DNA of 64,000 nucleotides from Balanoglossus misakiensis (lineage: Eukaryota; Animalia; Hemichordata), in contig CM082598.2 in assembly GCA_040954595.2 (NCBI GenBank), forward strand, positions 372,001-436,000, given 5' to 3'. Shown here piece by piece: positions 14,301 through 34,292 of the stretch. The notes under the pieces are model-generated. The model worked only from the letters and a program-made list of their open reading frames with translations, had not been told where the DNA came from and searched no databases. How positions within the stretch are numbered: position 1 is the stretch's first letter; every line of letters starts with the position of its first letter. A program made the translations under genes and the position numbers.

Positions 14301-17300
14301 ATCTATTACCAAAAACAAGTAGTGTGTTTTCAGGCCATTTGTTAGGGAAAAAATACTTGCTGCCTCTGTTGCACTGTCTGGAGAAAAGTTGATATTTTAA
14401 TCTGTGAAATATGAGACAGTTTGAAATCATTCTGTTCTCACCAAGGACAATTTCATAGTGATGCTATTCACATTATGGTCAACTTTCGAACCGCTCTGAA
14501 TTCAGAGCAGTTTTGAAACTGTGTGTCATGCATACCAGTGCATCCACAAGATTAAACATTTATTAAATTGTTGTATCTCTAATGTTTGGTTCTAGTGTCT
14601 GCAAGCATAGTGTCACCTTTGACCTTTTGTGGTTGTAATTCACCAAATGAAAAGCACTGACACTAGGTGCCCTGGAGCTGTGACTGTCACACCAGGATGG
14701 CTTTGTTGGCAAATATGCAGAAATACCTGCAGAGAAAAATCACTGAGGCGTAACATGCCATGCACAGGTTGAGGGTCCGAGACAAGCCTTTTATATGTCA
14801 ACTCAAATGCTTCATTTGCTCCTTCAGGGCTGGGAATAATGTTTCTTGGGATGAAATTAGGCAGCAGCTGGAATACAGTTGTGGGAGACTTGATGGAATG
14901 CCTTTAAGGCACTCTGTACCTCGGGGACAAATATTTCAGAAAAGTAAAGTCTTTCAGATGTGTCAGCTCTGCCATTGGAGTGCTTACTGTCACCTTTCTT
15001 AAAAAGGCTCAAAATATTTGTCTCTCCACCTGTTCGCTTGACAAGTGGAAATAAATAATGATTGTCTTGGTCAAGCGAAGTATTTGGCTTCTTCTGACAC
15101 AAGATTGGCTCAAATGTCTTCTGGCTTCTACAGCAAATCGGCTTATGAGGTGAACACTTTCAGTGCATGGTCATTTGTTTGAACTATGATTAAATTCCAC
15201 TGCTATACTGTATACCGGGACCGTATATTTGCGATGTAAAACTTATTCTTGTACAATCCAGCAGATGTCGTGGTTCAGATTGCGCACTGAAATTTAGCAT
15301 GTCCAGTCTGGGACGAGTACTTCCAAAACTGCCTGTTCAGACTACTGGCTGTTGTTTTGTAAATAGCCATAATTTGCTGACATAATGGTACTCTGTGATA
15401 CCAGGATATTGATAAGAGTAACTGCTATTTCTGTATTATGCCCCTACGAATACATGAATAGATCTATAATGTATACTGGGCCAACATATTTTTAAAAAGT
15501 ACTTCCTACAAAAAAAACGAGGTATCATCAAAGAGATGCGCTTTGTAATACTTTAAGGTTAGTGAAGAGACATATGGCCTTTGTGTGTCATTTAATTGTC
15601 AGTTTTTGTGTATTCATTTTTTCTACATGATGCACACAGATGGTTTATGTTTCAGATGCATAATTACTGTTCATTCTGTTGTAATAGAATATTTCAAAAT
15701 AAGGTGGATAATTGGTTCTACTGGGTTTTATTTTATATTTTACAACAGCAGTGCAGAATTAGTGTAGGTAATGAAATAAAAAACTTGGTGCAGAAATTTA
15801 GTGGAGGAGTCATTGCAATTGAAGGATAATGAATTGTGACTTCGTCTGCCATTGGCTTGTTATACAAATGGTTCTGTATTAGTTACTGTACATCTAGACC
15901 ACAAAATGGCCGCAGGGTGTAACTAAAGATATGTCATGCTGGTTTGTTATTCTGATCACAAAATGAGACCATAGCTCCCCCCAAAGTATGCACTATTATA
16001 ATTCGTATTGGAGGCATAGAACTTTTTTGCTGGAAGCTGTGTGTATCAGGATTTTCTAATTATCAAGGTGCAGCAACCGCTAACCTATTTTGAATTGTTA
16101 GAGGTGACAGAAACGATGCAAGAGGCAAATGAGTGAATTTTTCATGAGTTAATTTAAATAAAAGCATGGCTATAGGATATGAGAATGCAGCCTTCATTAT
16201 TGTATTTTGAGTCCTGATGGATGAAGCCCATTGGGACTTAGATTGGACTCCACCCATGCGTGCATACGTGTGTTCTTGCATCCATCTTTCTGCCTGTCCC
16301 CAGACATTGTTATCTGTCGTGATGTCACTCGCAATTTCACCTGGTGTGTTTGTGGAATCTATTGGCACTGAACGATTGGCCAGAGCCCTTCAATATTCTG
16401 AAACAAGGCAGTGGAAAATTACAACACTGAGAGACACAAAAACCCTTCAGGAAAGAAAACAATTTAATCCCGTTGCCTGTCTATCACGAATGCTTTCAAG
16501 TGAAATCATCCCCTAACCATTTGCACGCGATTGTGAATCATGCCTGCCAAATTTCTGATAGTTTGAACGTTACTGAGTGATTACAGAGATCAGATCATGT
16601 CTATACATAAAATGGAGATGATGGCAATTATTAAGTGTATGCTTGTCACATTATTTCTTGTTTCTAAATTTCGATATTTAGATATTAATTATTTTATTAA
16701 AATATATTTTGTGTTAAATCAACTACAATGTCAGAACAAAAATGTCAGTTTACTGTTATAATTGTCCCTTACATTGGAAATTATAATGTGTTGAAAGAAT
16801 ATTTTTTAGTTAACAGAGGCCAGATGATTGACAAGTTGGTGTTTCTGGCATTTTGCCAGTACATCATGATTTCTTGATTACAAAATGGCTCATTCTGTAT
16901 ATTGGTATCCAGTATCCAGAACCTTTAGGCAAAATTCAGCCCTTGCTGCCATTACTGATATAGGCAGCCATAAACTTTAATTTGAGCTCATCAAATTTGT
17001 GTACTTCTCCAGGGAAAATTGACTGCGTGTTCCTGATCATATATTATTATCTCAAAACGTGAACAGGAAATAAATGCCATTTTAGGAATTTTCAAATTCT
17101 TACAATTATTTTTTTCATTTTAAAAATGTTGTGTGTGTTTGTGTGTTTTCCTCAAAGGACTGTTCCTTTACATGCACACACACACGTACATTAATCACCG
17201 TATCAACATCTGAATTTTGAAATGATAACAATTTATCTAGGATGAGCTGAGATTTTTTCATGTCACTTTTACTTTGCCATATTATACACCAAGCCAGCAA

Positions 17301-18120
17301 ATCAACAGCCTGCATACTTTATGATTAGTACTTTCATAATCTGAACACTTGCTTTACAGAATCAAGAATAATGTAAACTTTTGTGAAGCAAGTGTAGCCT
17401 TACATTTTCAACTCACATATTGCATTAAATGTAAATGAACATTGAGTTATCTTGAGAATGGTTGCGCCGTAATTGTCACTCAGGGTTCTAAGATCACATA
17501 TGATACGCATGGCTGCACAGAATTACACAAGTAAAGGTGATTTGTGTAACACATAACTGCTTATTTCAACATCTTGTATCACTGCTTCAATCTATATATC
17601 AGTTACAAACCAGGGTCCAGACAAAATGATGCTGTTATCAGAATATTGAAGGAATGCCTCTGCATAGATTGCCATCCAGAGAAAACTTGTTGTTTCTCGC
17701 AAATAGAATACTTTCTTCAAGAGAAAATCCTTGGAGACTTTTTACCATCTTGGTTGCCCCCTCAAGGAAGTAATTGTGTACAAGAAATTCTTAAATCTTG
17801 ATTTTTGAGATTTTGCCATGAATTGTTACCTGGGAAAGAATTTGTTTTAGGAGGTCAACTCTATACAATAAAATATTATCACTTTGCAGCAAAGGAGAAA
17901 TGCATTAATATTTTAGTGAAGTCTGTACACAGAAATGTATTATTTAGGAACTGTGTTATACAAGTCGTGTCGTGGAAATGAAAAATTCATCTGAGGCAAA
18001 GAAATTTGCCATAATTGTATCTTTAAGGATCGGTTTCCACACATTTTATAAATATTGAGAAAATGTTTCTTTTCCGAAAATATATGGTTTATCATCAATT
18101 CTGCTTAGAATGTTGTCAGG

Positions 18121-18303
18121 ATAAAGGGACTAAGTCTCTCTCTCGCTGCTCTTTTTTTCATTAATTATTTTTGATACAAGACACCATTTATGTTATTCTT
18201 CATGTGGATATATAGTGAATCAATGTTCGACCACGCACAACATCTATCCAACTTGTAGACATGAGAGAGTAAAAAACTTGCCAAAATGAATAATTGGTCT
18301 CTA
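18121..18303. mobile_element. Left half of the same Kolobok-like MITE family
   Basis: AAAGGGACTAAGTCTCTCTCTCGCTGC...TTGATACAAGACACC...GCCAAAATGAATAAT is similar to 11007-11180. Confidence 0.75.
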
Positions 18304-21300
18304 GTTCACATCTGAATATTTTATACTTTTGGGCCGTTTTCTTGCATTATCGCTAAACATCTTGGCATTCATTAGACCAGATAAATCGAGATATGTTTTC
18401 AACCCTGGGAAAAGCTAATGTCCGTCAGATGGAAATTGGAATGTTAGGAGAAGTATAAATGTGGAATAGAACAAATAGTGCCAGTCATAAATCTACTGGA
18501 TTTTCGGAGTTCACAAAAAGCTTCTGGAAACCGATAAACTGTCCAGTGAAACACTGCTGTGGTAAATCTCTGAATGTTGGGTCAGGGCAGTATCTGCCAC
18601 TTCATTTGTGTGTGAGAAACATGAAAAGGTTATTACACCCAGGTCCTTTGTGCGTTGCCAAGGTAACAGCATATTCAGCTTTGCCTTATTTGGATGCGTG
18701 TACTATACACAGTATGGTGCTGTAAATCTTCACACTGCATCATACCTAGTCTTGGTATGCAAATCATTGTGAGTCATAATCTAATGTATGTACAGGGAGA
18801 GATTCTAAAAAAATAGGAAAAGTTCTTTAAGTGTTCTTTGCTTTACTCCGTATCTGTAGATTTATTTGTTTTTGTTCTGAAAATAACTGTACATATAAGC
18901 AAAGAGTTGTGTTCATCCTCGTGCCCTCTAATCCCATATGACGTGCTACTGACTCGACAAACTTGTGGGTGAGATAATTAACATTAGCCAAATAATATAA
19001 ATATTTCAAAATGCCTTAAAAGGTTGTTGATACATGCATATATAGGACCAAGATACTTTAAATATTTATCGAAAGTCACAAATTATAATTAAAGACCACA
19101 AATCCAGGGTAGAATTTCAGCTCTGTCACATAATGTCCAGGGAACGGTCTATTTCTCCAACAACATGGAGAGGTCATTAATCTTGTAAATTGCTTGTTGA
19201 AATTTTTATCAGGCAACCCAGTCTCTTGGCACAAGCCATGTCAAAAACCAAAGACTACAAATTTTAATAAATATCACTTCATTCACAGAGTCAATGCCAT
19301 GAATAATGATTTCACCATAACCATATTCTCCTCACAGTTGGGGACATGAGTCTAAGATATATTTTTTTGTTTACTGAGAAATACATTCATAGTTGTGTGA
19401 CCAATGTCCCCTTGCTAGTATATGTACTCATAAAACTTCACTCGAATCAATCAGTGTACATTTCAGCTAGCTATAGTTAGAAGATGTATTTGGTGTGTTT
19501 GACCTGAAAGAAATATGTGCATCAGGAAATATGAACAATGTGTAAATCCATGAATATTTTGATACCCTGCTGTCTGCAGTGACATTTCTTTTACCCTCAT
19601 CAATATCAACCTTGCCACTAATCTCCTACAAAAGTCTATAATAATTCATAGGTCAAATATTTAGTATTTACACAAAAGTCACTTCTTACAGTACAGTGTA
19701 AAACAATACAGTACAGTACAATACAGTATTATACAGTGTTGTCTTGATGAAAATATGTTGGTAATTGTAAATTATTGTGGATAATGTGTGGCTCAAATAT
19801 CATGAACTGGTCATATCCTACTGGAAAATTGCACTCTTTACTTCAAGTAATCCTTGAAAACCTTGGAAAAACTCCGGAAAAGTCCTTGAATTTCGAATGA
19901 TTTTGACCCGATGAACCAGATGGGAAAGATATCCAATATCTTTCTCAGTAGAAGGTTCAATGTACTACATAGGTGACCGGATTTGTCCCGCAATCTTAAT
20001 GCAAGTATCTTAATACAAGCCATTCAGAATTATGATTACTCGAGTGTTGCTATAGCAACAGCTTTTCGAAGGAAAATACTATATTCACAAAGCATATGGA
20101 AGGATTTGATCAGCAGGTGTGCATAGCTACGGATATTACCTTTAGGAAATAAAAATGTTGAAAGCATTGGCATGATGAAGAACTGTTACAATGAATTTTT
20201 GTGCTTAGCAGGAGTTCCTTTATCAGTGGTTGGGTCCAGTGCCATTAAAACGTTGCTGTCTTGTATCGTGTGTTGTGGGAATTCCATCTAGGGATAATCC
20301 ATGTGACTTTAACGCATGCATTGACTCTAATTGAAGCAATTTTCCCAGTGTGATACTGCCCACACTCTGCCATGTCAGCTTTGTTGGTGACTTCAGACTA
20401 CTTGTGTTACTCACAAACCTGCACGTGTGCTGGAGATTCTTCAAGCCCTTGCCTTCATCACTTTGACAAACAGATAGACTATTTAGATGGTGTTTCTGGT
20501 AATTGTTTTGTCATTTCTTCTATCTCAATCATACCAACAAAATATTGGCCCATGGTGCTGCAGTCAAGTTTCGTGATTTTTTAAACCAAAATTTATCACA
20601 ATTTGTCAAATGCAACTTTAGGTCTCATTCTGTCGTATACGTTAGAAATTTGATGAGAAATCTGAGGTAATACTAAAAGGATGTGGGCATTCTTTAGTCG
20701 AATCTTTGCCCATAATTGACAGTTTGGAGATTACTTTGAGTCAAGTAACTTGTAGCATTCGTGTTTATTCTGATAAGGACACAAATAGAAGCATTCAGTG
20801 TGCGAAGCAAGCAAATGGAAAATAAATTAGGTTAGGAGAGAGATATATCCCACAATAATTCAATGTAGGAATTGAATTATGTATGATCCGCAAGCCTAAG
20901 TATATTCCGACTCTGTTAATGACTCAGAAATTATAAAAATGTCTCCTGTCAAGCATGTTATCAAGGTAGCCATGTCTGACGGTGATATTCCACCCGTTTT
21001 GTGGAAAACCTTTGACTTTCATGACAGGAAGATGTTATAAAAGGAAGTAACTCGATGCTTGTTTCATATTTTTTCTGCCAATATTTCTTCCTGGTAGAGA
21101 GTATGTACTTCATGGTGGTTCTGATTTGACAGAATTCAGTCATTTGCAGATGGTAGAATTAACGAGGTCCCTATCTGAGTTAAGACCGATCCAGTTATAT
21201 TGGACTACCAAATGAGAGGTATAGATTGCATATGGATAGATTGATTCCTCCAATAACGGTGACTGGAAGTGCGTCTATTGGAAATGTTCATCCATATGCA

Positions 21301-23166
21301 TGGATAGAGTGATTGCTTAAAATTCTAGGTATTCCATGATTAATACCAAATCAGATTCACTCAGTTAAGAAACAGGCAATTCCCGTCGGCTGGAAACCTT
21401 ACTAGAGCAAGATAGACTGATTGTTGAAATGCAGGCTTGCATTTGATATTAACTATTGGCTGGGCTGTCTTTAACATGCAACTGTCATGAAAGATGTATG
21501 CTTAATGATGGTACCAGGGTTCCATCATGTACTTTAACAAAGTTATGTGACTGTCAAACACTTGGATTTTATCCCTTCACTGATTTTACTAAATTAAATT
21601 GGCAATTATTGTGAGTTTGACAAGCTATCACAGTTTCCAATGCAATAACAGTCACCTTGCCAGCAGTATTATATCATACACCAAAGTCTCAATTTAATAG
21701 GTAAACTTCTATTAATAAATGCTGTTATACTCATGCAACCAGCTACCTGAGTAAATAACACATCTCTGTGGCTGAATGTAGTAAAACTCTGTATAATGTC
21801 TTAAAGCCACATTGAAGAATAAATGGTCTGTTTCTGTAATTGCATCCAGCTAAACTGAAAGAGGATTGAGTCAATATTACCAGCACATTGTGTATTTCAA
21901 ATTAAGCAAAAAAGCGATGCAACTATCTCTAATTGTTAGACTGTATCAGATAGTCATGTCTTCCTGATTGTCATTCAAGTCTAGCAGAGTGTAGAGATTT
22001 AAAGAGAGACACCTTCCCTACTCATTCAACTCAACAATCAAAACTAAACATGAAAAGACCAGGAGTAAAAAAACGCAAGTAGTCTTTAATTAATGAACAC
22101 TTCAAGGACAAGTAATTAAATAGATCTGTTTTATTTTAAACAGATTCCCAGGGTTCAGAAGTATTCATCCCTTGAGATACATCAATCATGGGTTACATAA
22201 CACAGCAATTATGTTGTTTAAAACAAACTCATTTGAATGTTGTAGATAGTAATTAAGTGTCATCTCCAGGCTATGAATGTCATTTCCATCTCTGCTACGT
22301 GTCATCCAACATGACCTCATTTTGCATCAAAATAACTGCAAAACTCGGCCAATCAGCAATCATCTTAAGATTACATCATCAGCAGCAGCACATTGCTGTG
22401 ATGAAAATAAAGACTGCTGAAGCTTTTATCAAATTTGCGAGAATATGAACGTAATTTCTATGTACGTTCTCTGTGTGCTATCTCTGTGGTGCATTAGTTA
22501 TTTCAATTCACGATGCAGTGTATTTTTCTGTTCTTTCTCTGGCTGTGCTCTTGGAAGTACTCTAGTGGCATCCACCGCACCAACTCATTGTAAATGTTAG
22601 CGGGGTTCTCCCATCATTTCACATGCAGAGTTCGATCCCCATCGACATTGAAAGTAGTTTGATACGGAATGAGAAAGAGTAATGTTTAATGGTCCAGTCC
22701 TGATCCGTGATCACAAACCACAGCATCAAAACACCGGAATATGCAATCCCAGTGTACAGAATCTTTTATCCATATCACAGAGTCTCAGACCTGATTTCTA
22801 TCACTAAACACTGTGTGCTGTACCTAGTATTCAACAGACAAAAAAACAAACAGCAAAAGAGACTCTTTGTTTATTATTGCGGTATTCACAGACTTTTTAA
22901 ACCAGTTGCTTGATTGTAGGTAATTAGAGAAATCTACATTTGTTGGGTTTCTAGATATTACTTCTCAATTAAAATGCAAAATTAACACAGCTACACATTA
23001 TTCTGTCGAAAATTAGTTTCAGAGATGAATTGTGATTTTCAAAGCATCTCAATAAATAAAACGAGTTTGTCCCCAAATTTTAATTAGGATAGTATACCAC
23101 ATGTATGAATCTCAATTTACAATGCGAGATTGTTAAATTTCCTTTTCTGTGTTTTTATTTCCACAG

Positions 23167-29336
<6,170 letters not shown>

Positions 29337-32300
29337 TCTCTGTGAGAAGTATTATGATTGGTTGACATTGGAGGCACCATGTTTGGTGCAGTTGTGAAGC
29401 TTCTTAAGCCACTTTATTGGCTGAGCAACATGAATCTCATTGAAAATTCAATTTCCTCCAGTATTAGAAACTTTGAATAGTGAGAACCGTTGGATTCCCT
29501 GGACTATAAATAGTATTGTATATTTTTAAATGTGACAGCTTCATGTCTTATCTGTGAGACTTGATATGGAAGCTCATGCTAGAAGTGGCCAATCAAACTC
29601 TAGCTTTCATGTATGTGGGAGCAGGTGATTGTCTTTTAATGAACCGTGATTGGCTGAATGACATTTGCGAGAATGCAATGATGTTTTTTTATTATTGCGA
29701 GTTAAAATGTGTTGGAAAAAAAAAATGAAAGTAATTGCACATTTGGGTAGACAAGCTTTAATTATACATGGAAATCACAAACCTCATGTTTCGCTATATT
29801 TTGGTATTATTCTTTTGTTCTGGAAGATTGCTTTCATATCACACAGATTTGTGATTTCTATCTGGCAGTTAACATCAGCAAACTCTTTTCTTCAGCAAAA
29901 CAAATGCATATCAGGGTTAGAAACAATTGTTCATAAGAGTTACTTTCTAAAACTTAGTTTTTAATACTATAGAACACTTTGTTTCTTGTAACATTACATT
30001 TCAACACACCTTGCAACTATGTTTCACTTTTCTCTTTGTTGCAGTCACCTTGACAACAAGGATATGCCAAAATATAGTGAACAGGGGTCAGAGAGCTTGA
30101 AACGATAGCTATAGATAGTGGACTTTTTAAAGTGTAGTGACTATTTTTAGAAAAAAAAAAAAACTTGTCATGACAAATGCTGCTCATGGATAACTGCACC
30201 GTTCCTGGTCCTAGCATTGTATATATAATATGAATGTCCTTCTATCTTTATCAGGTCACAGTATTTGCGTATGTGTCATGTGATCTCATTCATCATAAAT
30301 GCATCTGGCATAACCAATCGCATTTGTATATCGACACCTTGTTTGCATAAATTGATGCAACTATATCCTGGTACATAAATCAAGGCACTTATTCCTGCTG
30401 GGTAGTCACCATTATTGTTATTATTGTACAGGGGAAAAATTTTATTTCCTGCTGATCAATTTTTTTGTTAAGAGGGATGCATTTCATTGTCTTCCCCGGG
30501 GTTACCTGCTATGCAAATTTAATTTTCTGCTTTGATTATTTCATGCCATCACCCGTCCCATGCTGTCTCCCCTATTTTCAATAATGGTAAAACCCAAGAC
30601 CTCATGTTTTACTTGACCCCACCCAAAAATATCAGATGTAGTATGTTGTTTCTTTTGTTTTTATCAGGGATAACTTTTAAATCAAAATTGTGAAAGGAAT
30701 AATTTGCAATTTAATGTCATAGAACCTTCTAATGCATATAGAAGTGTGATACAAGTTTTACTTATTTATATTGAATTATATATTTATTCCATAGGTAAAT
30801 TTTCATGGCTGAATTGATAACCTTTATTTCCATTCAGAAACAAGAATGTATTCATAGATTTTTAGTTTTAATGTCCTTTTTTCATATTTAAATTATTGTC
30901 TCATGTCCATATCTTCTGATCATATATCAAATTTCACAAGTCAAATTCCTGATTTTACATTAATATACAGACTCAAAACAGACACAAAAAGTAATGACTC
31001 ATTTTCAATCGTAAACATTCATGTGTCTCGTATTATGCATTATGAAATGTTTCCCACCAAAATTCATAACAGTCCACATTGTGTGGGTGTGCTCAAAGTT
31101 GCCAGTTCATTTTACATTTGCCAAAGAAAGTATTGTACACTTATGGGGAAAGACATCAAATATGAGTAGAATGATGCACTTTTCATTGAGTAGAGAAAAA
31201 CATCCTTGTGAGAAACGATATTCAATATTGTATTGGCTCTTCACTTGTGTAAATCTTGATGCATAATTCATTTCGATGATTCAATATTGCAGTAGTCTGG
31301 TCCCCTGTCACATTCTCGTCTCTGACTGTTCTTCAAGAAAAGGGTCAATTATGAATAATGGAAGACAGTTATCCCTCTCAAGCTATGGTCAGCAGGATGA
31401 CTGAATCCAAGGGCCACTGAGGCAGCCTGGTTGTTTTGTGCAGAAACAGATTCAATCCAACTACAGCAAGTGAGCTCAGGAACAAATCAAGTCTAGTTGA
31501 GTATGATAGTGAGCCTTTTTTGTTCAACTTTGTCAAAGCATATTATCATTGGTAAATGAACTCCAATAGGTAGTGCCATGTCAGAAATGTTTCACCCAAT
31601 CACCATGCTTGTATTTATTGTCCAATGAGAGCCATGTTTACAATGACCAATACCTGACCCTGATACCTGACAGTGGATCATCTCTGTAGCAGAAGTGGGG
31701 ATCAGACTAATAAGGCAGTAGCTGTCTTTGCATTTCTGACATATCTAAAATTTGGAACATGAAGAAGATTCGCAAAAGAAGAAATCAGTAGAGTTAAATG
31801 ATGAGAATTATAGTATATTATTTTTGTTGTGAATACAAGTGGCCATGTCATGTATGTGAAGTATGCCCCAGGGTTCTGAATATTTGAAGACACTTCTTAT
31901 CAGGGGTGGGGGGGGGGGGTGCACATTACAAAAAAGTGACTGGCCTTCAACCATCCTTTTCAAAGCCTTTTTTATTGTTGTGTAAATCATAGCACGTGGC
32001 TTAGTGAAATTCTAACCTTTTTCACAAGCTGCACTTGCTGTAACTTTTCAATATGTTTTCAGTATTTATGTTTTGTGTATCTTCTGCAGTTTGTTGTTCA
32101 AATTCATTTTGCGAGGAGAGCACTGAAAGATGGCTGATCAAGGAATTGTTGAATTGTAACAGACCACTGTTGGCTGGAAAATATCAGATTTGTAACTTCT
32201 TCAAAGAAAAGCTAACATTTGGTTGAAGTGATCATTTTTATGAGTGTTCAGATTTTTTGATAAATAGATATAAGCAAAGTACTACTTTCTCGAGTGAAGG

Positions 32301-32922
32301 AATGAATCTGTATATGACAAGTTTGAATTGAAGTGTCAATAACAGTATTTGCGTAAATGCCATGACAACAACCAATCAGAAGTATGGTAATTGGGGCATA
32401 TGTAAATCACTCCAGATGGGAATTTTTCTTGGCGAATCATGTAAGTGGATATGATCAGTCAAGAATTAAGATTTGATGCAAGTCAGAAATACATACAATA
32501 TTATTTCTCAGCGGTGTTTTTGACAACATGCTGGTTCCCCTTGGTTCTAATTGCAAAACAAAATTTGTTGTTATGATCCTTGTTTTTGAAAAGTTCATAA
32601 TATTTTGCTGTTTTTCATATACTGATATAGGCCATTTTCTCAACATTACAATGTGATTTTACTGTGGTCATGGGTACTATCACTTTTATAAATTTACAGC
32701 ATCACTGTATAAAAAGCACATTACAAATTTAGCTGTAACCACCACATTAGTTAATGGTATGGTCTGCCTTTTTAACAAAACAAAGGGATGTTCTATGTTA
32801 TGAATATTCTTGGGATGTGATAACAAAAGTATTTGAGTCCCACTAATGTAGATAAACTGGTGTATTGCTTTGTCCAATTAATTTTCTCTGTAAATTAATG
32901 CTCATTTGATTTGATGAATAAA
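29337..32922 (+). other. Putative long PDE3 3' UTR ending near AATAAA at 32917-32922
   Basis: U-rich non-coding stretch after the stop. The first canonical AATAAA I noticed is at 32917. The true 3' end needs transcript data. Confidence 0.4.
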
Positions 32923-33540
32923 AGATGCATATTCATCAAAGATAGAGATTGCAAGAGAGAATATGAGAGGGAGAGAGAGACAGGGGGAGATGGAAAAAGT
33001 AACCTTCCAGAGGTCAGCGTAAAGTCAATACAGCGTGTACTGTGGTTGAAAGAACTTCACTAATGTTTTGGCCCACACATTCATTGGACATTTTATACAG
33101 TCTTTGGATATTATGGTTTCCATGGTTGATTGGTTTATTTGAATGATTACAAGGCCATGATTGTCTGTTTCGTGCATGAATGCAGCTGGGCAGCTGGCTA
33201 CTATTGATTATGCCCAGTCTATGCTACGGTTGGCTACTTTGTTCATTCTAAGAATGATCTAATTTCAGGGATTTGTGGATGAATTGTAATGTTTATAAAC
33301 AAACAAACGCGGCGCGACAACCCCTTCACTTTAAACAAATGATCTCTGACGCCATTGGTGACAATCATTATTGAATTTTGCCTGCTCCCTGTTTTGGCTT
33401 CACATTGATATTCAGAGAGCGTTACATGTCGACAGCAAATACATTTTTGAGAAAAAAAACGATGGAGTCAAAGACAAATAACGTCAGTGAAGATTAAAGC
33501 TAAACATGAAAATAAACACTTTGTGTTAATTCACTTACAG

Positions 33541-33688
33541 AGCTGGTCTATTGGATACGGAGACAACTCTCAAGGTGACAATGTACCTGTCCGAGGAAGA
33601 TAGCTATCTGCCCTGGAAAGCTGCATCCCGTGGTTTTGAATATCTTTGTAACAGACTGTTTTTAACAGACTATTATGGAAGGTTTGAG
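33541..33688 (+). pseudogene. Orphan exon of an M1 aminopeptidase (aminopeptidase N/ERAP-type C-terminal domain)
   Basis: TTACAG acceptor, GTATAG donor, 148 nt, phase 2/0. Encodes AGLLDTETTLKVTMYLSEEDSYLPWKAASRGFEYLCNRLFLTDYYGRFE, matching the A-G-x-L..YL..E..Y.PW..A helix region of M1 aminopeptidases. No other aminopeptidase exons recognised in the window. Confidence 0.75.
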
Positions 33689-33727
33689 GTATAGTGCATC
33701 TTTCAGATAATTGTAGTGCGCGTGTTT

Positions 33728-33837
33728 GTATGTATGTATGTATGTATGTATGTACCGGTATGTATGTATGTATGTATGTATGTATGTATGTCTGTCTCTC
33801 TGCCTGTCAGCTGTCTGCCTGTCTGGCGCCTGTCTGT
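33728..33837. repeat. (TATG)n followed by degenerate (TCTG)n microsatellite
   Basis: Directly visible; lies between the two orphan exons. Confidence 0.9.
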
Positions 33838-33850
33838 ATTCTTGTATGTA

Positions 33851-34003
33851 TCCTGTTCATACGGTAGCGACAGCAAAGCAAGATGCAAGTACGCCCTCTG
33901 CAGGTGTGATGCCACAGCAGCTAGATGCTTTGCTTGCAACCTCAACACCTACAACCCTGGTTACTATCTCTACCCGAGGTGGCGTTGTTGGTTTGCGAAA
34001 TAA
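33851..34003 (+). pseudogene. Orphan terminal exon of a group I/II-like secreted phospholipase A2
   Basis: SCSYGSDSKARCKYALCRCDATAARCFACNLNTYNPGYYLYPRWRCWFAK* matches the sPLA2 C-terminal C-x3-C-x-CD-x2-AA-x-CF..TYN..Y..YP pattern, including the catalytic Asp. The stop overlaps AATAAA. Upstream exons (Ca loop, His-Asp) are absent and there is no intact AG at the expected acceptor. Confidence 0.75.
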
Positions 34004-34292
34004 ATCTCTGAAAAACTGAGTGGGTCAATCTCCTTAAAGATACCAGTGTTTCCAGATGCATATCTGAGAGTGTGTGTGTGTGGATGCAGCCAAACAACAA
34101 ATACTTCCAAGATATGAATTTCATTTATTTTATCATCAAACATTTAAAAGACAAAAAAGAATATTTTGATTTCGTAGAGTTTGTGTAGACATGTCAGTTA
34201 TAGAAATATGGTTTGACATGTGACAAAAATTACTTTTAATCAAAAGGTTTCACATGTGAAGATGACCGACTCAAGTCAATAAAAGTCATGAT

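Larger units (their letters stand above)
1..23166 (+). other. Long upstream intron of PDE3 (>=23 kb, no recognisable coding exon)
   Basis: Ends in a polypyrimidine tract plus CAG at 23164-23166 before an internal phase-0 PDE3 exon. Only short, non-protein-like ORFs and repeat fragments inside. A small exon could have been missed. Confidence 0.7.

Noticed and set aside
14484-14518. Imperfect palindrome centred on GAATTC
   Set aside because: Short, single copy, no TSD; may be chance or old MITE debris.
22566-22595. Possible 30-nt phase-0 PDE3 micro-exon (WHPPHQLIVN) between TAG and GTTAG
   Set aside because: Phase fits, but the splice signals are weak and I see no homology; cannot be supported without RNA-seq.
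458-22913. Many 60-155 aa ORFs in the first 23 kb
   Set aside because: No domain-like motifs or coherent exon chains; consistent with random intronic ORFs, some overlapping repeats.
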